This document shows positions 52,399 through 64,000 of a stretch of 64,000 nucleotides of DNA, piece by piece (position 1 is the stretch's first letter; the number at the start of each line of letters is the position of its first letter). The DNA is taken from the NCBI GenBank assembly GCA_951406725.2, contig OX597842.1, positions 28,582,001 through 28,646,000 on the forward strand. The letters are read 5' to 3'. The position numbers were made by a program, and so were the translations under genes. The notes beneath the pieces were generated by a model. That model saw nothing but the letters and a program-made list of their open reading frames with translations. It ran no database searches and was not told the DNA's origin. The DNA comes from Octopus vulgaris. Its lineage: Eukaryota.

Positions 52399-53786
52399 CT
52401 TTATGCTATAAACTGCTGGAAGAGTAAAATGCAAGATTGTCATCCGTCAGATTAGAACCGGGGATGTAATAGGTTGAATACAGCATTGCAGGGCATTTTA
52501 CCCGATGCTCTGATAGTGATATAAGACAGTAGTAGAGGAAGAGGTGTCTGCTGTGATCTACTTTTCAAGCAAACCATCTAATTTGATGCAAGGCTAAGGG
52601 CACAGCCTATTCAGTGTCTTGGGAAGGGTGAGGCACATAGAGACAAATCCATAATCCACGTTGTGATGCGGAGGAAACACTTTGAGACATTTCCAACTCC
52701 TGGAAGCATGGGGAAAGATCAAGAGCGAATGTGGTAGTGGTGGTCTTAACGGGAGTGGTATGGTAGATTATATAGAGCTGGCATATCGAACACACAGGCT
52801 GAATGCGGCCCTTTTCAAAATGGGGGGACCTCAAAAATTTTTAATAATAAAAATAGAACTGATTAGGAAAGAAAAGGTTTTAAAAGACTTTTACTTCATA
52901 ATAAGGAATTGATATGACAGAAATGTTTGAAGATCCAGAAGTGTTAAGAGCAATTCTTGTGGTGGCGTAAAGCACTCGTGGCAGTGCCATGTAAAAATGC
53001 CCCTGCGGAAACATATAGGAGTGCCTGTGTGGTGCCGCGTAAAAGCATCCAGCTGATGATGATGATGCTCCTATGGCAGTGTGAGCAATGTGGCCCATAA
53101 AGATTCTACAGTTTGATACTTTGACATGCCTAGTGTTTAGCTGCTATTTTATTGACCTTGAAAGGAAGGTTGAGTAGGATTTGAACTCCTGCTTGTAGAA
53201 ATTTCTTTTGACCCATCCTCTACAGAAATGTTAAGGCCGGTCCTGCTGGTGCAAAGGATTCCACTGCTAGAGTCCTCCTGTTGGTGTCAAGTAAAGGCAG
53301 CCAGCACACCTCTGTAAAGTGGCTGGTGTTAGGAGGTGCCTCCATCTGCAGACACCAAGCCAAATCAGACTGGGACAATGGTACACCTCTCCAACCCATG
53401 CCAGCAGGCAAAACAGACATTAAAGCAATGGTGATGCTTGGGATTATAAATCTCGATAACATTTCGTTTGGGTTGCATGAAATATGTTGAGGGTGGAGGC
53501 TCTTCATGAAATCACCCTTGCTGTTTTTCAAGTACCCCCACTGACAACCATGTGTACTGGGCAATGGAAGTAAAGGACAACCATTTTTACTCAGGCAGTG
53601 TTAACAAGGGGATACAAAACGTTTCAATTAAGCTGGTAGTTTTTATTAAACCCTTTTCTTAATCGTATTTCCGTTCTGGTTAACTTGGCCTTTTGTTCTT
53701 CTAAAATACCAGTCAAATATTGGATTCAGCCAAAAGGCTTTCATTACCATATTTCTGTTAAAATGCACGGCCTCTGTTTCAATTAA

Positions 53787-54007
53787 CCCTTTAGCATTCA
53801 AACTGGCCATATCTGGCCAAAATATTTAACCTGTTTTATATTGAAACTGACCAGAGTTCGCCTCTCACCTCAGCCCTACCATGTCGTTCTAAAACTAAAA
53901 AAATCACATCACTGAAATCTCTAAACTACAAGATAATGCATGATTAATTCAAACCATTTTAAATAAACAAACATCACATTTGATAGAATAATCTGAACAC
54001 TAAAAGG
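53787..54007. mobile_element. piggyBac-like MITE, second copy
   Basis: TTAA|CCCTTTAG...CTAAAAGG|TTAA; interior similar to 42952-43162. Confidence 0.75.
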
Positions 54008-54156
54008 TTAATGAATTCAGTAAAAACTTATTATTAAGCTAGTGTTTAGAACATATATTGAAACATTTTGATGGAAGATTTTAACTGATTGCACACACAC
54101 ACACGCGTCAACTCAAAGTCTATATAAACAGTACCCATGGAAGCTATATCTGCCAC

Positions 54157-54650
54157 CCATGTTGTGTTCGGAAAGACTCAAGAGATTAAGACTCTATTCC
54201 TTAGAGCATAGGCGAGAAAGATATGCCATAATATACATCTGGAAGATCCTAGAAGGACTTGTCCTAAACTTTGGCATCGAGAGTTACACAAATGCTAGAA
54301 CTGGGCGCCACTGCATGGTGTCAAGGACTCCAAATTTGCCATCAAGATGTAGGACAAGATACTGTGATAGCCTGGGTTTCCGAGGCCCACAGCTCTTCAA
54401 TATCCTCCCGAAGAACCTGAGAGACCTGCAAGGGGTGGATTAAAATAAAACTGGATCTCTTCTTGTCAGGTGTCCCAGATGAACCAACTTCACGGCAGGA
54501 GGTGCAGATGAGGGCGGCTGCATCGAACTCTCTCATGCACCAAATGGCAATTCCTAAAAAGCATTCGTGAAGTTAAATCATGTAGCAACACTGAATGGTG
54601 GTGCCCCAGTATGGCCACAGCTCGTGAACTGAAACTAGATGAAAATAATA
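54157..54650 (+). mobile_element. CR1/L2-like LINE 3' end
   Basis: ERLKRLRLYSLEHRRERYAIIYIWKILEG...GPQLFNILP; the 3' UTR ends ggtgccccagtatggccacagctc..ctgaaac. Confidence 0.82.
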
Positions 54651-55526
54651 AGTGAAAATATTACAAAATTTAACCCCTTCTGTTAGCATATTTCTGTTAA
54701 AATACACCTGAGTTACTTTCAATTACTTTTGAAAATAACGTGGTGTTTGGAAAATTAGAAAGACATTTTACTGGAAGGTTTTAAATGAGATCATTTTAAA
54801 ACGAAGTTTGTATTATAGAATTAGAGGATTTGTCTGTCTCTGGTGCATTGGTATCAAAACCACTCCAAGACTATACAAACAGTACCCGTGGAAACGATAT
54901 CTGCTACCCAATATGGCCCCTATACTTACTACATACAGAATTTAACACCTTTTCTGCTGAAAAACACTGAATTTATATTAATTATGAAATTAACGAAGGA
55001 TTTAGTAAAATGACTGGCATTAATTAAGCTGATGTTTTGAACAATAGAATGCTTTAGGTCCCTTTTAAAATAAGAAGCTTGTATCATAAAACAAGGGTTG
55101 ATTTCAGGTGTGTAGGGATCAAAAGGATTAAATTAGGAACCTGTATTTTCATTAGTGTTGAATGCTAAATTGATTTGTGTTGTAGTCCCTTTTGTTTTAA
55201 TATAAAGAGGGAAGGAGAGGTTCAAGCAAAGGTGTGTGTGTGTAGGGGCAGGCTGTGTGTGTATATACAGAAAACAATGATGTTGCTTTTCATATATTTC
55301 CCTCAATTCTCCCCAGTCAGTATATATGTATACCATAACACTTTTTTTTTTTTTCCTTACAATATATATTTATTGGTGATGGAGAAAATAATAATAAACA
55401 TTAAAATATGATTTAAAAAAGAAAAGAAAAAATTAACTTCTGTGTCTTTGAATTTGCCCTCACCTGTCTTTGTCATAATTATTTTCTCCTTCACCATTTA
55501 AGATTGTCCTTATATATATATATATA

Positions 55527-55654
<128 letters not shown>

Positions 55655-55762
55655 CATACACAATCATATATATATGTACACATGCGCACACATCATAAAT
55701 GGTTGTTAAATGATTGTAGTTAATATACTTGTTTTATGTACATATATGTCTGGGCGTGTGTG

Positions 55763-55813
<51 letters not shown>

Positions 55814-56145
55814 GTATATATGTATTTATTATTGTCCTAGTATATGTTGTCCACCTGTTGCTTTCATAGATTTAAATCATTGTTACTAAGTTTTCAAACC
55901 AGTTCATATCTTCAATCTCTTTTCTCTGTTTTTTTTTTTCTTTCTCTCCTCTAAATTATCTTTATCTGCATATATTTCTTTCATCGTTATCATTGTCATA
56001 ATTATTGTTGATAATAATCGTTTTTTTTTTTTTTTTCACCAGTTCATGTATCTTTTTGCCTGTTTAAATTTATTTAAAAAAAAAAAAGCACTTTTTCAAT
56101 ATTGTTTATATATGTATATATGTATGTGTATATTTGTATATATTT

Positions 56146-56185
<40 letters not shown>

Positions 56186-56290
56186 CGTTATTATTAATAT
56201 TATTAATTTCTATACATATATATATACATATATATACATATATATATAGTTTTCTTGTAACTAAATGAATCTCGTGTCCGTGCTTTGCAG

Positions 56291-57622
56291 ACCATTCCTG
56301 CTACGTAGAGACGTGGGACTAATTTGAGAGCTTCATTGCACCACGGCTTAAGATCTCTTCAGCCTACCTTTGAGCTTCTACTAAGTGTTGATCATCGTTG
56401 ATTTGAGTGAGTTCAACCGCACTCCCAGTGAAGCTTCTAGCCAGTCGGCCCGCTGGCCTCCATAGATTTCAGCTCCTCGAAACATCTAATATATAAGATA
56501 TATATATATCTATATATATATATATATATGCATATATATATATACATATATATTATGTGTGAATGTATATGTATATTTATATATTTTCTTTTAAGAATTC
56601 TTCCAAAAAAAAAAACAAAAAAAAAAAGCTACACAAACCTAACGCAGACCGTCCCAGCTGCCTGCCTGCCTACCAGACAAGTTAATGCTGCTCCTTTCTT
56701 CTACTCGGGCCTTTTGGTTGATCGAAATCTTCAGAGAGAGAGAGAGAGAGATCTTCATAGTCCAGCCTCTTCTCGAGCTACTGTCTTCCGTCTCGACTCG
56801 ACTCGAAATTGATTAGATATCAACTACGTTTGTTTTTTTTTTTTTTTTTCCTCTCTCCCCCCCCTCCCATCTTAGGTGTCTGGTGGCCGTTCAAAGAGCG
56901 ACTCGACACGCATCGACGACAAGAAGACATGTCATGATTTGATTTCATTTATCGATATATAATCTGCCAGATTTTGTGGTTTTTTCCCCCCTCCCCCTAA
57001 ACAAAAGAGAGAAACTTATATATATATATTTAAAAAAAAAAAAATTAAAAAACAAAGCAGTGACCATCACTACAGAGGCAGCAAGAGCAGACATCATACC
57101 TACTTATCTAGACATCGTTTTGAGAATGATCCGGCGAGAGAGAGAGAGAGAGAGACACACACATACACGCATATATTCTGCAGCATATTGAGTTCTTCAA
57201 ACAACCAGTTATTCGCATTGATATGCTTAAACGAAATCATAAAATATATTCATTAATTTGTGTATATAAAAAGAAAAAAAAAAACTGACAAACAATACAG
57301 ATAAAAAGAATGCTTTTCATTCACTGAAGAATATAATTAATAAAAAGAAAGAAAACGGCTATGGGCTGGCTCTACACCCCTGTACCAGCCAGCTACTGAT
57401 TTCTTTTTGTTTCGTTAAATATATTTTTTGGTTTATCAGTCGTCAATTCAGTCAGAAATTTTGGATTTTCCTTCGACTCCAGCTCAATTCGAACCCTCCT
57501 CCAGAAGAACTAGATACATATATGTGCGTGTACGTGTGTTCTCACATCATCGTTGAAAGATCGACCACCTTGTCTTGCATCTTTTAGAAACAAAACAAAA
57601 AAAAAAAACATTGCAAACGTGC
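56291..57622 (+). other. Candidate poison (PTC) cassette/alternative terminal exon of the SRSF7-like gene
   Basis: Acceptor tgctttgcag|56291 gives in-frame TGA at 56325. A second strong acceptor before 56876 gives TGA at 56940. Possible donor gc|gtaagt at 57623; AATAAA at 57339. Confidence 0.55.
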
Positions 57623-60007
57623 GTAAGTTTATCACACTTTAGCACATGCCTGTATGTTATTTCTGCACTTCTTCTGCCCCATTCCCCTGGGCCCTTTTTA
57701 TTTTAACTTCCCAAGTGGCTCCTCCATCCAACCATTTTTCCTCGTCCTCATAATTTAGGCACCCATCTCTCTGTTAGCCCCCTTTCTCCCTCGAGTGGCC
57801 ACAACTGGGGATTACATTTTTATGACGCTGCACTAGGAATCCCTGACCCTTTATTGACTAATTTCGGTAGGTCCTTGATTTCACATTGGGTTCTTCCATA
57901 ACTTAAACACGTTAGCCGCCATGGCCTGTTACTGGAACTGACTGATGGGGCCTTGTATTCTTTTGTTTCAGTCAATTGACTGTGGCCATGCTGGAGCACC
58001 ACCTTTAGTCAAACAAATCGACCCCAGGACTTATTCTTTGTAAGCCTTACTACTTATTCTATGTCTCTTTTGCTGAACCGCTAAGTTACACAGACATAAG
58101 CACCAACATTGGTTGTCAAATGTTGGTGGGGGAACATACACACACACACACGATGGGCTTCTTTCAGTTTCCGTCTACCAAACCCACTCAAGATTTTGGT
58201 CGGCCTGAGGCTACAGTAGAAGACACTTGCCCAAGGTGCCACGCAGTGGGACTGAACCCAGAACCATGTGGTTGGTAAATCCCTATCATATCTGCATAGT
58301 GTTTAATTACAAGGAAATGTATTGTTTTTTGCATTTTTACAATATTTCATAACTTTATCTTGTTTCAGTTATTAAACTGTGGCCATGCTGGGGCACCACG
58401 GTGAAGAATTTTTCTTGGTTTCAGTCAAATGAATTGGCCCCAGTGCCTGTCTTTCTGTAAAGCCTGATACTTATTCTATCGGTTTCTTTTGCCAAACTGC
58501 TAAGTCGTGTGGATGTGAAGTGGCAGTGGAAGACAAATACACAGCCACCATCACACACGATGGGCTTCTTTCAGTTTCCTTCTACCAAATTCATTCACAA
58601 GGCTTTGGTCAGCCCAAGGCTATAGTAGAAGACAGTTGCTCAAAGTGCCATGCAGTGGGACTGAACCTGGAACCACACCTTTGCTTCATAATTAGACTTT
58701 AATATTTATCTCTCATATTATGAAAATGTACCACATGTGGTGCTTGCGATGAGCCACCGGAGGTATTTGTGGTGGTTAACGTGTTTATGTAGTGGATAGC
58801 TGTGGGAAGTCTCCAAAATAAAACATCTGATATGGTCCAATAACTGTAGTCAACAAAGGCTGCCTTGCTTTGAAGAGATGGGTTTGATATGTCCGTAAAA
58901 CTCCTTTTGGTCTTGTTTGATCCCTCATGAGAAGGCCTCAAGACGACTTTGTTTTTAGTCCCGGTTTCAGCTCCTTGAAGAAAAATGCTTTCTGTGTACA
59001 CCTTGATGAAGGACTTGTGATTTTCCAGTCAAACTCTCACTGAGGATTAAGGGTTATAGATGTCTAAATACTCTGTCCAGATATCTTGTTATAGCTACAC
59101 AGTGGTCTGTATTTCCTGGTTAGAAGAGCCTCCCCCTTGTAGCATAGTGTCATGTTTTAAGCTAAGGGTACATGTCAGTGGAATACACCCTTGTTTATCT
59201 TGAGGTGTATTGTTGAAACTGACTGAAGACCCATCTTGTAGATGGGTGTTTGTATCTTTTATGGCCATGCTGGGGCACCTCCTTGAAGAAATTTTAGTTG
59301 AATGAATCGACACCAGTTCTTCTATTAGACTGGTACTTATTCTGTCATTCTGCTTTGCTGAACTGCTAAGTTACAAGGCTGTAGACACCATCATCACTGG
59401 TGCAAGTTCAGGCAGTCACATATACTTTATACACACACACATACGACGGGCTTCTTTCAGTTTCCATCTACCAGATCCACTCACGAGGCTTTGGTCAGCC
59501 CAAGGTTATAATACAAGACACTTGCACAAAGTGCCATGCAGTGGGACTGAACCCAGAATCATGTGGTTGCAAAGCAAACATCTTACCCCACAGCCATGCC
59601 TGTTCTTTGTGTGTGTTTATATATTATACATATGTATTCCTTATATGGTGTGTGTGTTTGTATATACACACACAAATCCATATAAATATATATATATACG
59701 CTTGTCAGGGATTTAGAGTGTGAAGCTAATCCCTCTTGAAATCTAATATTTTGGTGTTGAAACTTAAAAGTTAAGTTTTTAGGGAGTTAAAAAAAAAAAA
59801 AATCCCCCTACCCCCTTCACGAGTAATTTAGGGTATGCAGACCTCTTTCTTTTGTTGCCTTTCTCCCAGCCTGGGTCCTTATTCAATGGCCACTGCCCAT
59901 TTCCAGTCATTGTTTTAGGTGCCATGCCCAGTGTTTAGGGGGTCAGCTTGTGTCCTGCAGGTGTCGTTGGGTAAGCATTGATTAGTGTCTGTTTGCTGTC
60001 CCTTCAG

Positions 60008-60109
60008 ATCCCGCTCTCGTTCGCGGTCCGGAAGGAGTTACTCCCGCAGCTGGAGTCGCAGTCGGAGTCATAGCCGCTCCCCCCGGAGGGCCAGCAGAAG
60101 CCACAGCAG
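60008..60109 (+). CDS. SRSF7: SRSF7-like RS-domain exon (gene continues beyond)
   Basis: ccttcag|A TCC...AGC AG|gtaag, phase 2-2; SRSRSRSGRSYSRSWSRSRSHSRSPRRASRSHSR. Confidence 0.9.
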
Positions 60110-60239
60110 GTAAGATCAAACAATTGATGACAACATTTTCCTTCTTCTTCTTCTTCTTCTGGTCGGTATGTTGTTTCCTATTTGCCTCAAGAATTCAAAG
60201 AAAATGGCTTCGATTTCCTTCTTGAAGCTTTTGTGACTT

Positions 60240-60465
60240 TACTCTTTACTCTTTTACTTGTTTCAGTCATTTGACTGCGGCCATGCTGGAGCACAGCCTT
60301 TTTAATCGAGCAACTCGACCTCCCAGGACTTGTTCTTTTTGTAAGCCCAGTACTTATTCTATCGGTCTCTTTTGCTGAACCGCTAAGTAACGGGGACATA
60401 AACACACCAGCATCGGTTGTCAAGTGATGTTGGGGGGACAAACACAGACACACAAACACACACAC

Positions 60466-60532
<67 letters not shown>

Positions 60533-60690
60533 CGACGGGCTTCTTTCAGCTTCCGTCTACCAAATCCACTCACAAGGCTTTGGTCGGCCCGAGGCTGTAG
60601 TAGAAAAACACTTGCCCAAGGTGCCACGCAGTGGGACTGAACCTGGAACCATGTGGTTGGTAAACAAGCTACTTACCACACAGCCACTCC
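60240..60690 (-). mobile_element. Dominant SINE, near full-length copy
   Basis: Same head, core and tail as 2210-2610. Confidence 0.85.
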
Positions 60691-61047
60691 GACTTGGACG
60701 TAAATGTTATGGAACTCACTTATTTCCCATCACATTTTCTTGCCAGACTCTGCTGAATCACTGATGCAGAAGTATCTTTGTAGCAAATATTCTGCTCAAT
60801 ACCACAGATCTCCTTGCCAGTTGCTTGACCATAACTACTTGGGGATGTCCCTTAGTGGCTGGCAATATGTATCCCTCTGATCACAAGCAGGAGTAGTGGG
60901 GGAGCATCATAGCCATGTGTTGAGAGGGATTCTTTGGGATTTGAATAAATATTGTCACAAGAGCAAAGTTTGAAGGAAATAGCCATCCCATAAATAATGC
61001 GTTTCTTTTATATTTTTATTTTTCAGAATTAAAATAAAGTTCTTTTT

Positions 61048-61730
61048 TAGTCTGAAATATATTCTCCTTCATTTTCTACAATGCTCTTCCATCTATGTGG
61101 TAGACTTGCAAGGCCCCTCTTCCAAAATTCCTTTGTCTCTGATGAAAAATACTTCTCCAGTATTGTTTTGCCCTCATCTACAGAATTCACTTTTTTTCCA
61201 TCTGAATGATTTTGAAGAATAAATGATAATCAGATGGGGCAATGTCTGGCGAATTTGATGTATGGGACATCGTCTCCCATTCAAACTGCTCCAACCTTTG
61301 GAATGTGATCCTTGCTGTATGTGGTTGAGCATTATCCTGATAGAAGAAGACCTTTCGTTTTGAGACCAGAAATAGTGGGGTTTTTTCCTCTAAGGCTGAT
61401 TTAAGCTGCTCAAGCTGATCTTTGTTTGGTTTGGATTTAAATGTTCAAAGTGGACTAAACCTTTCATGTCTCAACCCCTTATGTGGGCAAAGACTTTCCT
61501 TAACCCATGGCTGCTGGTGTTCCTCCTTTCCCTACCCCACTCTTCTTTGGTCCACAGACATTTTTGTAGGGAACCCCCCCTCCCTTTCTCGTCACCAGTC
61601 ACATTGACAGCAAAGAAGAGCACACATTCAATCTCTCTGCGCATGATTAGACTCAGAAAGTTTGTGACGAAGCCATTGACCCAGTTTGCTGACTCTTCCT
61701 ATGGCACTCAGGTGTTGCTGAATGGTTGAA
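61048..61730 (-). mobile_element. Decayed mariner transposase
   Basis: Minus strand encodes GQWLRHKL (WVPHEL-like), VTGDEK, QDNAQPHTA, SPDIAPSDYHLF and GLASLPHRWKSIVENEGEY. Confidence 0.85.
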
Positions 61731-62227
61731 TGACTAAATCAAAGTTTCTCTGTCCCTTATAAAAGCTGCCGTTTCTTTTGTTGTGTGAAACAAGTCCTTT
61801 ATTCCACTCTACAAACACATTTTTTTTCTTGTATATTTTCAGGAATTAAAACTTTATTAGAAGTCAGTCTTAAATGTAAGTACTCTCACCTTCAACTTCT
61901 TCTGGTTTTATTCTTTCTTGTAAAGTTTTGCTCTGTTTCTACCCAAATCATACCCTAGTTTCATAAACTGCTCTAAGGTTTGTTTTCTTCTATATATCAA
62001 CATCATCTTTTAGTGTGCAATTTCCTCACTGACGTGGGGTTAGGGTACCACAGTTTAAGAGGAGCTGCTAAGGCCAGGAGTCACACCAGTTTCTATGGCT
62101 GCATATGCCACCTAATGCCAACTACATTACAGTGTGTACTGGATGCGTCTTTTTGTGGGCCCTCAACATATTAATCCAATTATGCCCGAAATGAAATAAA
62201 AATTTGAATTTTCTTGTTACATTCACA

Positions 62228-62690
62228 ATCATCATCATCATCGTTTAACGTCCGTTCTCCATGCTAGCATGGGTTGGATGGTTCGACCGGGGATCTGGAA
62301 AGCCAGAAGGCTGCACCAGGCTCCAGTCTGATCTGGCAGTGTTTCTACAGCTGGATGCCCTTCCTAACGCCAACCACTCCGTGAGTGTAGTGAGTGCTTT
62401 TTACGTACCACCTGCACAGATGCCAGGCGAGGCTGGCAACGGCCACGGTCGGATTGGTGCATTTTACGTGCCACCGGCACGGAAGCCAGTCGAGGCGGCA
62501 CTGGCATCGGCCACGAGTCGGATAGTGCTTTTTACGTACCACCAGTCCAGGGGTCCTGGCTGGTTCAATTCGATTTCGATTTCACTTGCCCCAACATGTC
62601 TTCGCAAGCAAAGGGGGTTGGCATGGGTGCCTGTCGTCGGATGAGGTTCTATATCGACTTCGCTTGCCTCAACAGGTCTTTGTGTCCATG
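62228..62690 (-). mobile_element. RTE-LINE 3' UTR fragment with (GAT)n tail
   Basis: Same family sequence as 30716-31146 and 19133-19620. Confidence 0.8.
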
Positions 62691-64000
62691 TATAAATAAA
62701 TGGAAAAAAATGGCTTTGATGCCAAATATTGCTGGATAAATTATTATTCTTTATCTTCAGAAAGGTTTTTGATGCCTAAATTTATGAAACCATATGAATA
62801 TTTTCATCGGTGCTGGGCATTAATGGGTTTATGTGATTTAGTAAGTTTCTTATCTGAATCTATTGCATAAATTTGGTCTCCAAGCAAAACCAATTATAGG
62901 TAAATGCTACAAAATTTAGTTATGCTCTTAGTTAATTAAGAGATGTATTTCTAATCAAAATAAACCTCTTGTGCGTTTCAATTGAATTCCAGCATAATCA
63001 TAAATTTACACTCTTTATTCATTGATCCATTGTGATTTTTGGAACCCTTAAATCTGTTGCATGATTTTTGTCTCAAAGCAAATCTAATTACAGGTAAATT
63101 CAATAAAATAATATAAAACTAGTGGGACCCATGAATACTTCATGGAATTAATGGAAAACCTTTTGGGTTATTTCTGCAAACTTCTAAAAACCCGAAAGCG
63201 TGGCTTGTGTTATGCCTGTATCAAAAGATAGTCCGTCATCTGCTAATCATTGAAAAGCGAAGGAAACTGGAATATGATGATTACTTAATGCTGCTTGACT
63301 GGCATGTAAAAAGCAGCCGCTATACTTGCAGAGTGGTTGGTGTTATAGAGGGCATCCAGCTGTAGAAACCACGCCAAATCAAATTGGAGCCTGGTGCAGC
63401 CTCTTGGCTTGCCAGCCCTCAGTCAAACCGTCCAACCCATGCCAGCATGGAAAGCGGAATTTGATGATGATGATGCTTTATTCACAATTTTATAGACTTA
63501 ATACACAGCACTCTTCCCCTCATCTTTCCCTTCAGCCAATCATATGAAGGCATTACAGACAGGCTAAATAACTAAGGATTAAAACTTAGTTAAAAAGACT
63601 TGTACATTTCTACTTCAGCTAATCACATGAAAGCATTAAGAATGGGCTCAGTAACAGAGGAACAAGCATAATTGTTATAAGATTGAATCTTGTTTAACCC
63701 TTTCGTTACCAAACCCGGCTGAACCTGGCCCAGGCTCCAATTACAAATGTTCTGAATTAAAATCTTCCACCAGACCTTAGTCACTTTATGTTCCTAAAAC
63801 TGGCCTTTAAATATGGTTTCTGATTATAAATATCTTGGGTCATACATATCATCATCTGGAAAAGACTTTCTAACTAGAAAGGGTATGGCCTGGTCAGCCT
63901 GTAATAACATGCATTAGATCTGGTCATCAAATCTAAGTAGAGACTTCAAACTTGAAATATTCAAAGCCACAGTCGAACCAATTCTACTATATGGCTCAGA

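Noticed and set aside
59961-59970. 10-nt micro-exon (cag|gtgtcgttgg|gtaagc) as a constitutive coding exon
   Set aside because: It would shift the frame and leave a 37-nt intron; kept only as part of the alternative splice-site finding.

Overview
This is AT-rich, intron-containing animal DNA, not prokaryotic. The SINE/LINE families and dense (TA)n/(CAT)n tracts suggest an octopus/cephalopod (inference). Two + strand genes can be spliced by hand in consistent phase. (1) The 3' part of an ankyrin + C3HC4 RING + death-domain gene (Mind-bomb-like N-terminal part, 4230-22054), whose RING-to-death-domain linker is a tandem array of four phase-1 micro-exons with near-identical 115-nt introns. That array sits in a duplicated copy of the first death-domain exon region. 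(2) An SRSF7/9G8-type SR splicing factor (RRM + CCHC knuckle + RS; 44874 to beyond 60109) with several candidate stop-introducing ('poison') splice options in its 12.8-kb intron. Other highlights: a 1.75-kb long-TIR element with an 8-bp TSD carrying a telomere-like higher-order repeat, apparently inside gene 1's 3' UTR; a Penelope-type minimal hammerhead ribozyme motif; a twin-priming-like inverted RTE LINE; Helitrons; a three-level nested hAT/SINE/LINE insertion; and a degenerate 8-unit array ending in a CpG-rich region upstream of the SR gene. All coordinates were read by eye, and repeat boundaries are approximate. The long I/Y/M/C-rich ORFs are microsatellite artefacts.
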